From: Oscillatoria sp. PCC 10802 | GTDB taxonomy: Bacteria > Cyanobacteriota > Cyanobacteriia > Cyanobacteriales > Oscillatoriaceae | Direction of reading: 5' to 3' | Assembly: GCF_000332335.1 (NCBI RefSeq) | Contig: NZ_KB235948.1 | Coordinates: forward strand, 4,222,977-4,286,976 | DNA: 64,000 nt | Shown: piece by piece, positions 1 to 8,933 of the stretch | Layout of the letters: the number at the start of each line of letters is the position of its first letter | How positions within the stretch are numbered: the stretch's first letter is position 1 | Position numbers and translations under genes: made by a program | Notes under the pieces: model-generated | What the model was told of the DNA's origin: nothing | Seen by the model: the letters and a program-made list of their open reading frames with translations, nothing else | Databases searched by the model: none

Positions 1-278
1 CGCTGCGGTCTGTGCCAGTTGGGCGTCACCCGCCGGCGAGCTGGCCAAATAGAGCTCGCCAAATAGGAGAGGGGCGGACAGCGGCAGCCGGCAATGGGGG
101 CGCAGGATGCCGGAGGGCGGCTTCGAGTAAACATACTTAAGCCGGCGGGTTGATTTTTGCGGTGGCGCAGACACTGCCGGCAAAAATTAAGCTAGAATGA
201 CAGGAAAATTAACAAAACCGCTTTTAAAAAGGCTGCGCGTTTACCACTGCCCTGACGATGTAAAGGAGATACCCTGGA

Positions 279-905
279 GTGATGCGGGATCGGGTTCTGG
301 CCTGGCTAGCAGAGAATGTACCCCCCTCTCGGCTGCGACATATTCTGGGAGTTGAACAGACAGCGATCGAACTAGCGCGAGCGCACCATCTCGATGTGGA
401 GAAGACCGCCACCGCAGGGTTAATGCACGATCTCGCCAAACACTTCAAACCCCAGAAGCTGTTGCAAATGGCTTTGGCAGAGGGATTGGAGCTTGACCCA
501 GTTCTGGAAGCTTCCCCTCACCTGCTGCACGCAGAGGTCAGCGCCACCGTCGCCAGAGAGGAGTTTGGCGTGTGCGACGAGGAAGTCTTGCAGGCGATCC
601 GCAACCACACCTTAGGCCAGCCGGGAATGAGCGAACTCAGCTGTGCGGTGTTCCTGGCCGACAGTTTGGAACCGGGGCGGGGCAATACCCCTGAGCTAGC
701 TGAGCTGCGGCAAGTCAGCCGGCAGGATCTCTATAAAGCGGTTGGGCTAACCTGCGATTATTCGCTAGGATTCTTGCTAAAAAGCCGTCAGCTGATTCAC
801 CCGCGAACGGTACTGACCCGAAATTGGGCGTGTCTAATGCAAGAGCGCAAAGAGCGCAAAGAGAAATCGTTGGAGAGCGCTAAAACAAGCTGCCTAATCG
901 CATAG
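279..905 (+). CDS. yqeK: HD-domain phosphohydrolase, YqeK family (bis(5'-nucleosyl)-tetraphosphatase-like)
   Basis: 208 aa ORF with an H..HD..K metal-binding pattern (LMHDLAKH). It sits immediately upstream of rsfS, which is the conserved nadD-yqeK-rsfS order. A GTG/ATG start pair is preceded by an AAGGAG RBS. Confidence 0.75.
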   Translation: MMRDRVLAWLAENVPPSRLRHILGVEQTAIELARAHHLDVEKTATAGLMHDLAKHFKPQKLLQMALAEGLELDPVLEASPHLLHAEVSATVAREEFGVCDEEVLQAIRNHTLGQPGMSELSCAVFLADSLEPGRGNTPELAELRQVSRQDLYKAVGLTCDYSLGFLLKSRQLIHPRTVLTRNWACLMQERKERKEKSLESAKTSCLIA

Positions 906-1027
906 CAGGATGGCGCGTTACAAGATAACGCAAAGATTCTCTTAGTTAAAAGGGGACTAAAAAAGTAGGCCAAAGATTTCCAACTGAATTAATCAAAAGT
1001 AACACAGGAGCGGACGAAGTAGATTTA

Positions 1028-1447
1028 ATGACAGATTATACGAAAGCGAATTATGTTGCCCAGAAAGGCACAGTCAGCCCAGATCCAACCAGAGACTTCG
1101 CCTTAACCATTGCCCGAGCGGCTGAGGATCGCAAAGGCGGCAATATCCTGATGCTGAAGGTGGCAGAAGTTTCCTATCTGGCAGATTACTTCGTGATTGT
1201 CACCGGCTTTTCTCGGGTGCAGGTGCGGGCCATTTCTCAAGCCATTCAAGAAAAAGTGGAACAGGAGTGGCACCGGCTGCCGCTGCGAATGGAAGGACAG
1301 GCCGAAGGCAGCTGGGTGCTGCAAGACTACGGGGAGGTGATTGTCCACATTTTGATGCCGAAAGAGCGGGAATTTTACAATCTAGAGGCGTTCTGGGGGC
1401 ATGCAGAGCGGATTTCGCTGCCAGCTTCGGGTCGCGTGGGAGAGTAG
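1028..1447 (+). CDS. rsfS: ribosome silencing factor RsfS (Iojap family)
   Basis: 139 aa ORF with the Iojap-like core YFVIVTGFSRVQVRAI...WVLQDYGEVIVHI. Position after yqeK supports the call. Confidence 0.8.
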   Translation: MTDYTKANYVAQKGTVSPDPTRDFALTIARAAEDRKGGNILMLKVAEVSYLADYFVIVTGFSRVQVRAISQAIQEKVEQEWHRLPLRMEGQAEGSWVLQDYGEVIVHILMPKEREFYNLEAFWGHAERISLPASGRVGE

Positions 1448-1451
1448 GGCC

Positions 1452-1952
1452 ATGACAGAAGGGCCAGTTACGCCGTGTCCGGTGCCAGAAGAGCAGCAAC
1501 CGCTCAATGAGTATCAAGAACTCCAAGAATCGGCGTTTTTTCGCTCAGCAGCAGGAGATTTGCCCCAGTATCTGAAGGCGATAGCCTGGGTGTGGGGCTT
1601 GGCTTGGCTGGTGGGGGGGCCGGTGGCGGCGGCAAGTTTCGCGCCGGCTAAGTATCCGCTGCGGTTTTTCCTCAGCGGCGCTGCCGGTGCCGGTTTGATT
1701 TTGGGGCTGGCGCTGCTGCGGCTTTTTTTGGGCTGGTCCTACGTGCGCGACCGGCTGGTCAGCCAGACGGTGGTTTATGAAGAGTCGGGGTGGTATGATG
1801 GCCAGTCATGGACAAAGACCCCGGAAATCCTCCTGCGAGACCGGCTGGTTGTCACCCACCAAGTGGAGCCGATTCTCCGGCGGCTGAAGCGGACGTTCGC
1901 AGTCATGGCCCTGTTGCTGCTGGCCGGCACCCTGATTTGGTTTTGGCTGTAA
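1452..1952 (+). CDS. DUF1230/CGLD27-like membrane protein (ycf36-like)
   Basis: Start trimmed to the internal ATG (MTEGP) just after the rsfS stop; the longer ORF from 1401 overlaps rsfS. Two hydrophobic helices and a WYDGQSWxKxPE motif typical of cyanobacterial and plastid DUF1230 proteins. Confidence 0.5.
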   Translation: MTEGPVTPCPVPEEQQPLNEYQELQESAFFRSAAGDLPQYLKAIAWVWGLAWLVGGPVAAASFAPAKYPLRFFLSGAAGAGLILGLALLRLFLGWSYVRDRLVSQTVVYEESGWYDGQSWTKTPEILLRDRLVVTHQVEPILRRLKRTFAVMALLLLAGTLIWFWL

Positions 1953-2063
1953 CCCCTGTGCCGGCACCCGGATTGCGGCGTGGGGAGCAATGGCCAATTG
2001 AAATCAAAAATATATTGTTAAAAATCCTTTGTCCTGTACCTTTCAAATGGTAAATTTTTACCC

Positions 2064-3017
2064 ATGACAATGGGAAAACGAACTCAAGCCGCAGAGCTGG
2101 AAGTCAGGCTGCTGCGGGAAGGCATCATCGAATCAAGGCATCAAGTCCAGGCGGTCGTGTCTGACAACCGGGGACGGGTTCTGTCTGTGGCGGGCAATTC
2201 GGAAACCGCTTCCTTTGTCCGCTCGGCGTTCAAGCCGTTTCAAGCCCTGGCCGTGACGACGACCGGCACCCTGGAGCGCTACAGCCTCACAGACAGGGAC
2301 TTAGCGATTATCTGCAGCTCCCACAAGGGGACGATTGAGCAGTCGCGGCAAGTTTTTAATATCCTGTGGCGCTGCGATATCGAACCCTCGGCGCTCCAGT
2401 GTCCAGTTCCGGAAGGTAAGCACAGCCCGCTAGAACACAATTGCTCTGGCAAACACGCGGGTATGCTGGCGGTGTGCCAGCAGCGCAATTGGCCACTGAA
2501 TAATTATTTGCAGCGCAGCCATCCGGTGCAGCAGCTGATTTTGAGCAAAGTGGCCGAGTTGCTGCGCATGCCGGCGGCGGAGTTTATTTGCGCCCGCGAC
2601 GACTGCGGGGCACCCACCTATTTCATGCAGCTAGGACAGATGGCCTCCCTGTACGCCAAGCTCGCTTCCGGCGACAGCTTGGATATGGAGCGCATTGTCC
2701 GCGCGATGACCCACCACCCGCAAATGGTCGCCGGTGCCGGTGAGTTTGATACCGAGCTGATGCGCTTGAGCGAGGGAGAACTGGTCAGCAAAGGCGGTTC
2801 GGAAGGGATTCAGTGCGTGGGCCGCGCCGGTGAGGGCATGGGTTTGGCCATTAAAGTGGTGGATGGGAGCAAGCGGGCTAAGCACGCCGTGGCCATCCAG
2901 CTGCTGAAGCAGATGGGCTGGATCAGTCCGGCGATTGCGGAAACGCTGTCGGAGACGTATATGAGCCTGAACCCGTTTAAGCGCCTGGAGGTGATCGGGG
3001 AGCTGTCCATGCTGTGA
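2064..3017 (+). CDS. L-asparaginase II family protein (PF06089-like)
   Basis: 317 aa ORF with motifs SAFKPFQAL, CSSHKG and HNCSGKHAGML that are typical of the Asparaginase_II family. Confidence 0.75.
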   Translation: MTMGKRTQAAELEVRLLREGIIESRHQVQAVVSDNRGRVLSVAGNSETASFVRSAFKPFQALAVTTTGTLERYSLTDRDLAIICSSHKGTIEQSRQVFNILWRCDIEPSALQCPVPEGKHSPLEHNCSGKHAGMLAVCQQRNWPLNNYLQRSHPVQQLILSKVAELLRMPAAEFICARDDCGAPTYFMQLGQMASLYAKLASGDSLDMERIVRAMTHHPQMVAGAGEFDTELMRLSEGELVSKGGSEGIQCVGRAGEGMGLAIKVVDGSKRAKHAVAIQLLKQMGWISPAIAETLSETYMSLNPFKRLEVIGELSML

Positions 3018-3078
3018 GGGCCAAGTTCAGCCCCCCTGGCCCGTGAGAAAAAAAAGAAAAAAATTTTTTCCAGGGGGG

Positions 3079-3108
3079 TTGTCAAACTGTTTCGCGTGTG
3101 CTTATAAT
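3079..3108 (+). promoter_or_regulatory. sigma70-type promoter for tRNA-fMet (-35 TTGTCA, 18 nt spacer, -10 TATAAT)
   Basis: TTGTCA at 3079-3084 and TATAAT at 3103-3108, with the tRNA 5' end about 11 nt downstream. Confidence 0.6.
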
Positions 3109-3119
3109 AGAAACATCGA

Positions 3120-3193
<74 letters not shown>

Positions 3194-3211
3194 CCTTGAA
3201 GAAAGCAAGAT

Positions 3212-3245
3212 CCGCAACAGGAAACTGTTGCGGGTTTTGTTGTGT
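3212..3245 (+). terminator. rho-independent terminator after the tRNA
   Basis: Stem CCGCAACA/TGTTGCGG with loop GGAAAC, followed by GTTTTGTTGTGTTTG. Confidence 0.7.
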
Positions 3246-3380
3246 TTGCTTTGGGACATGGGGACAGGCGAGACGCCTGTCCTACGCCTTATTACTCGTT
3301 CCCAGGCTCCGCCTGGGAATGCTTGAAAGGAGGTTGTGCCTCCCCCTGCAAATTAAATGCGCAACAGCTGGCGGCACGGA

Positions 3381-3456
3381 TAAGCTTGAGAAACCGGGTT
3401 TCTGAATCGATGTTTCGGGGAGGAGGCAAAGGTTGTCGCAGAAACCCGGTTTCTTT
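3381..3456. repeat. MITE-like palindromic repeat (GAGAAACCGGGTTTCT ... AGAAACCCGGTTTCT family)
   Basis: A ~75 bp unit bounded by inverted GAAACCGGGTTTC motifs. Near-identical copies lie at 5444-5632 (two in tandem). Shorter members are at about 30670, 36790-36850, 42810, 43800-43900, 50280-50310, 53895-53940, 55740-55780 and 62935. Confidence 0.8.
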
Positions 3457-3463
3457 AGTTTCT

Positions 3464-5293
3464 TTAAATTTGATAGTACCTTGCCTGCAGTTCAAACAAG
3501 CGGGCGTAAGTCCCGCCAAACCGCAGCAGTTCTTCGTGGGAGCCGGCTTCTACAATTCTACCATCTTGCAACACAAAGATGCGATCGACCATCTTGACGG
3601 TTGAGAGCCGGTGGCTAATCAGAATCGCAGTTTTTCCTTGAATCAGCTGGCGAAACTGTTCAAAAACTTCGTGTTCCGCTTTGGCATCCAGGGCGCTTGT
3701 GGGTTCGTCGAGAATGAGAATTTGCGCTTGACGCAAAAAAGCTCTAGCAATGGCAACTTTCTGCCACTCGCCGACGCTCAGTTCTTCCCCCTCCTCAAAT
3801 TGCGTGCCTAATGTAGTGTCGTAACCTTTGGGAAGTCGGACGATGGCTTTGTCTGCGCCCGCCTCCCGCGACGCTTTGAGAATTTCTTCCTCATCGGGGA
3901 AGATGCTGACATTGCCAAAGGCAATATTCTCCCTTGCGGTTAAATTATAGCGCACATAGTCTTGAAAGATGGCGCTAATTTCTCGCCGCAAGTCTGTGGT
4001 GGTGAATTGGCGCAAGTCAACCCCATCGATAGTGATGCGCCCGCTTGTCGGATCGTAGAGCCGGCACAATAATTTAATGAGCGTGGTTTTTCCGGCTCCG
4101 TTTTCGCCCACCAAGGCAACTGTCTCACCGGCGCGAATTGTCAGGTTAATATCTTCTAGCAAGGGGCGGGCGCTTTGGGGATAATGAAAATAAACGCCCT
4201 CGAACTGAATGCCGGTCTGTAGGGGATTGGGGACGGTTTGCGGACGCGCCGGCTCGATAACCGAGCGCTTTAATTCCAGAAATTCGTACAGAGTAGAGAG
4301 AAACAAGCTATTTTCATACAGACTGGCGAGACTGGTGAGCATTTCTCGCAAAAACCCCTGCCCCCGCTGAAATCCTTGGTAGTACATCACCAGCCCGCCT
4401 AAGGTAATTTGCCCTTGGATTGTCTGGTAAGCGATGAAACCGCAAGCTGTAAAAACGGCTACTGTGCCGCTAGCTTGGGTCATCAATTCTGCAATCGATC
4501 TATGGCTGGCTAGGGCGAGTTTTTCCTGACGGATTTGCTGGCGCAGGTTGCTGTAGCGCGTGCGAAATACAGGACCTAAGTCAAACAGCCGCACTTCTTT
4601 GGCATAGGAGTCTTGGGTGAGCATTATATGAAAGTAGTAAGCAATGCGCTCTTGAACAGTCCAGCCTCGCTGCCGGCGGTACAGCTTGCCGGTGTGCTTC
4701 AAACGCACAAATAAACCGGGAATACCGGCAGCAAATAGCACTGCAGCGATTCCCCAGTGCAGGGAAATTAACAGCCCCGCTATTGCTACGAGGGAAATTC
4801 CGTTTTGAGCCAGCTGTACGAGACTGGTAAGGATGCGGGTGGGGCGGTAAATCGCTTCTTGTTGGGCGCGGTGGAGGGCGTTGTAAAATTGGGCGTTTTC
4901 GTAATATTCCAGGTCTACTTCTATGGATTTCGCGTGCAAGAGGTCATGGACGAAATCGGTGACGATTTGCGACTGAGCCTCGCTTGCGTACCCGGATAGA
5001 GAGCGGCATATGTCGCCAAACAGTGCGGTAATTCCTGCTAAGATTACTAGCAGGAGTACCTGGGAGAAGGCTGCGGCGCGATTGCCGGCTCCTATGCCGG
5101 CGGTTACCGCATCGATGAGCAGTTTCATTAAATAGAGCGAGAGCAAGGGCAATAAGCCCTGTACCAGCAAGAGTGCGAGACTGACAGCAGTCCATAGGGG
5201 CGTGCTTTGCCAGACTAGCCGTATGGCTCTGGGCAGATTCTCTATGTTCTGAAGTTTATTTTTCAAGGGAGGAGTGCCGGGGGTATTTGTCAA
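3464..5293 (-). CDS. ABC exporter, fused permease/ATPase (MsbA/McjD-like), candidate lasso-peptide exporter
   Basis: 609 aa ORF. The N-terminal half has six predicted TM helices. The C-terminal ATPase has Walker A GENGAGKTT, signature LSVGEWQK and Walker B ILILDEPTSALD. It is divergently oriented from the lasso cyclase gene. Confidence 0.8.
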   Translation of the reverse strand: MTNTPGTPPLKNKLQNIENLPRAIRLVWQSTPLWTAVSLALLLVQGLLPLLSLYLMKLLIDAVTAGIGAGNRAAAFSQVLLLVILAGITALFGDICRSLSGYASEAQSQIVTDFVHDLLHAKSIEVDLEYYENAQFYNALHRAQQEAIYRPTRILTSLVQLAQNGISLVAIAGLLISLHWGIAAVLFAAGIPGLFVRLKHTGKLYRRQRGWTVQERIAYYFHIMLTQDSYAKEVRLFDLGPVFRTRYSNLRQQIRQEKLALASHRSIAELMTQASGTVAVFTACGFIAYQTIQGQITLGGLVMYYQGFQRGQGFLREMLTSLASLYENSLFLSTLYEFLELKRSVIEPARPQTVPNPLQTGIQFEGVYFHYPQSARPLLEDINLTIRAGETVALVGENGAGKTTLIKLLCRLYDPTSGRITIDGVDLRQFTTTDLRREISAIFQDYVRYNLTARENIAFGNVSIFPDEEEILKASREAGADKAIVRLPKGYDTTLGTQFEEGEELSVGEWQKVAIARAFLRQAQILILDEPTSALDAKAEHEVFEQFRQLIQGKTAILISHRLSTVKMVDRIFVLQDGRIVEAGSHEELLRFGGTYARLFELQARYYQI

Positions 5294-5443
5294 GATGAGG
5301 GAGTCTGTGATATATTATAGTTTAGCTATGAGGGGTGACGCAAGTGCAGCTAAGTTCCTGGCGATTGGAAATCGCGGCTATACAAACAAAGCCCGCCTTC
5401 GCGGGCTAATTGTTGCAGAAAACCGGTTTCTGGGGGGCGGAGT

Positions 5444-5632
5444 GGGGGCTGAGAAACCGGGTTTCTGATTAAAGGTTTCGAGGAGGAGGCAAGGTTTGTC
5501 GCAGAAACCCAGTTTCTGGGTTTCTGGAGGGCGGAGTGGGGGCTGAGAAACCGGGTTTCTGATTAAAGGTTTCGGGGGGGAGGCAAGGTTTGTCGCAGAA
5601 ACCCGGTTTCTGGGGTTTCTGGGCACTTTCGT
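5444..5632. repeat. Two tandem copies of the GAAACCGGGTTTCT MITE-like element in the divergent promoter region
   Basis: Near-identical ~85 bp units of the form GAGAAACCGGGTTTCTGATTAAAGGTTTCGgGGAGGAGGCAAGGTTTGTCGCAGAAACCCgGTTTCTGG. Confidence 0.8.
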
Positions 5633-5717
5633 GGGATGATAGGTTTGCACCGGCAAGCCCCCGCGCTTGCCCGAAACAAATTGTGCGACACTCGTTTAAA
5701 TAAGGTCATTTTATGCT

Positions 5718-7583
5718 ATGAGCGGTATTGTCGGTATTCTCAACGGCGACGGCGAACCTGTTGACCGCGCCCTGTTACAGCAAATGACCGATTTAATGGC
5801 CTTTCGCGGCCCAGATGCTCTCGATATCTGGAGTGCGGGTCATGTTGGGTTCGGTCACGCCCTCTTGCGGACGACTTGGGAATCAGAAAAAGAACGGCAA
5901 CCTCACAGTTTGGATGGGGAAGTTTGGATTGCGGCTGATGTGCGCCTGGACCGGCGCGACGAGTTGATGGACCGGCTGCGTGCCGGTGGGTGCAGCCCAA
6001 TTAGCGACGCGCCCGATGCTGACCTGATACTGCACGCCTACCGTATTTGGGGAGAAGCTTGTCTGGAGCACCTGAGTGGGGATTTTGCCTTTGCTATTTG
6101 GGACAGCCGGCAGCAGCGCCTATTCTGCGCCCGCGACCAGTTTGGGGTGGTGCCATTCTACTATACAGAAATCGGGAAAAGCCTGATTTTCAGCAACACC
6201 CCCGACTGCCTGCGCCTCCACCCGCAGGTATCGGATCGCTTCAATGAGCGAGCGATTGGCGATTTCCTGCTATTTAGTATGAATATGGATGTCGCCACGA
6301 CCACCTTTGCCGATATCCAAAAGTTGCCTCCCGCCCACACCCTTATTTGGTCGGAGGGAGAGGTGCGGGTGCGGCGTTACTGGCAGTTGCCGGAAGCAGT
6401 TGAATACCTGCGTTACAAGCGCCCGGAGGAATATGTCGAGCAGTTTCGGGAATTGTTTGAAAGGGCGGTGGGCGACCGGCTGCGGACGGAGAGCGCCGGC
6501 ACCCATTTAAGCGGCGGAATGGACTCTACCAGTATCGCCGCCACGGCTTATAAATTAATGGCGGCAAGTGGTAAAATTGTGGATTTTCGGGCTTACACGA
6601 TCGTCTACAAACAGCTGATTTCCGACGAAGAAGGGGGCTACGCCACGCAGGTCGCTGAGGCTGCCGGTTTCCCAATTGAGTGCCTCGTGGCGGAAGATTA
6701 CATACAGCAGGCACCACCGGAACAGCCGGAATATATCTCTCCGGAACCCCTAATGATTCCGAACCAACTCGCTGAAACGGAAATTAATAGGCGCACCGCC
6801 GGCTGCAGTCGGGTGCTGCTCGCTGGGTTTGGGGGCGATCCGGCGTTTTACCCATCGCCGGCTTACTGGTACACTTTACTACAAACCGGCAAGTTTCAGC
6901 ATTTTATGCTAGATGCGCTGGCTTACATCCGCTGTTTTCGCCGGTTGCCGCCCTTGGGGTTGCGATCCGGAGTGCGCCGGTGGCTGAAAAGAGGGGACTT
7001 GCGGCAGCAAGAGATTGATTGTCCCGACTGGTTAAACCCAGATTTCGCAGAGCGAGTGAATTTGAAAGCGCGACTCCAAGAAATCTGGACTGCGCCACCG
7101 CAGAAAGACCGCTACGGGATGGCGGCGGCTCCCTTGTGGTGGAACATTTTTGCGTGGGCAGATCCGGGCTTCAGTGGCTTTCCTCTCAAAGTTCGTTTTC
7201 CCTTTTTCGATGTGCGTTTGGTGCTATACTTGCTGTCAGTGCCGCCGGCTCCCTGGTTTGAAAATAAATTGTTGCTGCGGGAGGCCATGAAAGGCGTGTT
7301 GCCCGATTCCGTGCGACAGCGACCCAAAACACCGCTGCGAGGTTTCGCCCATTACAACTTAATGCAGCAGCGAGGAATCCAGCCCTGGATGGTAGAATTG
7401 GCAGCAACACCGGCCCTGACCCCCTATGTCAGCAGCCAGCGCCTGTTGCAAAGACTGCAAGCCCTTGCAGAACTCACCCCTGCCAGCTACAGTCAGGCTG
7501 TCCCAGCCCTGCAACTGGCTTACTGGCTGCGCCACCAGCGTCGTCCAGAAGTCAAGACCAGACCAATTGTTTCCCTGATTTGA
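5718..7583 (+). CDS. lasso peptide isopeptide-bond-forming cyclase (C protein, asparagine synthetase B homolog) #1
   Basis: 621 aa ORF. The N-terminus is MSGIVG, with no Cys2 glutaminase nucleophile. It retains the PP-loop SGGMDST and the AsnB-like DFAFAIWD...LFCARD motif. It sits directly upstream of a precursor peptide gene. Confidence 0.8.
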   Translation: MSGIVGILNGDGEPVDRALLQQMTDLMAFRGPDALDIWSAGHVGFGHALLRTTWESEKERQPHSLDGEVWIAADVRLDRRDELMDRLRAGGCSPISDAPDADLILHAYRIWGEACLEHLSGDFAFAIWDSRQQRLFCARDQFGVVPFYYTEIGKSLIFSNTPDCLRLHPQVSDRFNERAIGDFLLFSMNMDVATTTFADIQKLPPAHTLIWSEGEVRVRRYWQLPEAVEYLRYKRPEEYVEQFRELFERAVGDRLRTESAGTHLSGGMDSTSIAATAYKLMAASGKIVDFRAYTIVYKQLISDEEGGYATQVAEAAGFPIECLVAEDYIQQAPPEQPEYISPEPLMIPNQLAETEINRRTAGCSRVLLAGFGGDPAFYPSPAYWYTLLQTGKFQHFMLDALAYIRCFRRLPPLGLRSGVRRWLKRGDLRQQEIDCPDWLNPDFAERVNLKARLQEIWTAPPQKDRYGMAAAPLWWNIFAWADPGFSGFPLKVRFPFFDVRLVLYLLSVPPAPWFENKLLLREAMKGVLPDSVRQRPKTPLRGFAHYNLMQQRGIQPWMVELAATPALTPYVSSQRLLQRLQALAELTPASYSQAVPALQLAYWLRHQRRPEVKTRPIVSLI

Positions 7584-7609
7584 AGAAATTGAAATTCAGG
7601 AGGAAAACT

Positions 7610-7774
7610 ATGTCCCAAACAACTCCCAACCAAGCAAATGCTGCGAATAAAAAGGCATACCACACCCCGCAATTGCGGAAATTTGGCAATGTTAGCGAAC
7701 TGACGTTTACTAATATCACTAATTCGTCTGGGAATCCGGATGGCGGTTCACTTCCTGCTGTGTATGCTTCGTAA
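7610..7774 (+). CDS. lasso peptide precursor (A3): MSQTTPNQANAANKKAYHTPQLRKFGNVSELTFTNITNSSGNPDGGSLPAVYAS
   Basis: ATG at 7610 sits 8 nt after AGGAGG. The ORF-track start at 7580 is an upstream in-frame Met. The leader matches the proteobacterial class II motif Y-x2-P-x-L-x3-G-x5-T-x (YHTPQLRKFGNVSELTF). The peptide ends in Ser. It lies directly after the cyclase gene. Confidence 0.7.
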   Translation: MSQTTPNQANAANKKAYHTPQLRKFGNVSELTFTNITNSSGNPDGGSLPAVYAS

Positions 7775-7851
7775 CTAAAATGAGTTGTTAGTTTCCCCTC
7801 CTATAGGGGCGCTAAAAACCAGTCCACTTTACTGAAGCGCTAGGTCGGAAA

Positions 7852-7874
7852 GAGAGGGGTGGAAATCCCCTCTC
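7852..7874 (+). other. GC-rich hairpin between precursor and kinase genes (GAGAGGGG-TGGAAAT-CCCCTCTC)
   Basis: Perfect 8 bp stem with no U-tract. A second short hairpin CCCCTCC-TAT-AGGGG lies at 7793-7808. A possible role is partial terminator/attenuator or RNA-stability element setting precursor stoichiometry. Confidence 0.35.
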
Positions 7875-7892
7875 AAATAATAGAGATTAAAA

Positions 7893-8933
7893 ATGAGTAT
7901 TTTAGAGAGAATGGGTGAGTTTTTTAGATATAGATCCTATGGCTTAACGCTACAGGCAAATCGACCTCTACCAGGGTTAATGGCTACCTCCGACCATGCG
8001 CCGGTCGATGTCTGGGTGGATTTGATGGGAGAGCGTAGTTCAAACCCCTCAGCACCCCAAGCAACTCCAAACTTTACTCCTTACCAGAATCAGGAAGAGG
8101 AGTTTGGGATGCGGGTGTGGACTGAGCAAACGGGAGACGGTCACTACATAAGGTTGTGGTTTCGCGGTCCTGTCAAGCCTTCAGGGAAAGTCGATTTCAG
8201 GCTCGATGAAGATGGGAAACGAATCTCCGTTACCTGGACTGAGATGGTGCTAGAGGATGTGATATCACTTTTGCTCGGTTCAGTTTTGGGGTGTGTATTG
8301 CGGCTGCGGGGGACAGCCTGTCTCCACGCCTGTACAGTAGCGGTCGGCGAGCGTGCTATTGCGATTTTGGGAGAGAAAGGGGCGGGTAAATCAACGACTG
8401 CTGCGGCATTAAGCCAGCGCCAAATGTCGATTTTATCCGACGACATTGCCGTTCTTAACGATAGCGGTAAGAATTTTTCAGTACAGCCTGGCTATCCGCA
8501 CCTGCGACTGTGGCCAGAGGCGATAGATGCCCTCTACGGTTCAGAAGTGGATTTGCCGCCAGTTCTAACCGGCTGGGAAAAACGCTATATTAATTTGATT
8601 GACGGTGGGGGATCGTCTGCATGGGGATTTCAAAGCGATCCCCTGCCTTTGGGGGCGATTTACGTCCTGGGAGAACGGGTGCCTTCTTTGGCAGCACCGG
8701 CGCTTGAACCCATTCCCCCGGCAACAGCTGTGATGGCGCTGATGGCGCACAGATCGGCAAGCTTTTTAACATTAGAGCGAGAGAAGCAAGCGCGGGAGTT
8801 TGCCGTCCTCAGTCGCGTTGCTGCGACAGTGCCGGTGCGAAAAGTGATTCGCCCCGATAGCTTGGATGCCTTGCCCCAACTGTGCGATGCTATTTTGGAA
8901 GATTTGGCGGGGAATAAATGCACTCTACTTTAG
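7893..8933 (+). CDS. HPr kinase/phosphorylase C-terminal-domain-like kinase (lasso peptide Ser kinase candidate) #1
   Basis: 346 aa ORF with P-loop GEKGAGKSTTAAAL followed by SDDIAVL, as in the HprK_C fold. It is paralogous to the ORFs at 14485-15588 and 27342-28424. It is co-operonic with cyclase and precursor. Confidence 0.7.
   Translation: MSILERMGEFFRYRSYGLTLQANRPLPGLMATSDHAPVDVWVDLMGERSSNPSAPQATPNFTPYQNQEEEFGMRVWTEQTGDGHYIRLWFRGPVKPSGKVDFRLDEDGKRISVTWTEMVLEDVISLLLGSVLGCVLRLRGTACLHACTVAVGERAIAILGEKGAGKSTTAAALSQRQMSILSDDIAVLNDSGKNFSVQPGYPHLRLWPEAIDALYGSEVDLPPVLTGWEKRYINLIDGGGSSAWGFQSDPLPLGAIYVLGERVPSLAAPALEPIPPATAVMALMAHRSASFLTLEREKQAREFAVLSRVAATVPVRKVIRPDSLDALPQLCDAILEDLAGNKCTLL

Noticed and set aside
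1-278. Possible 3' end of an upstream gene (nadD expected before yqeK)
   Set aside because: There is too little sequence and no recognisable motif to call it.
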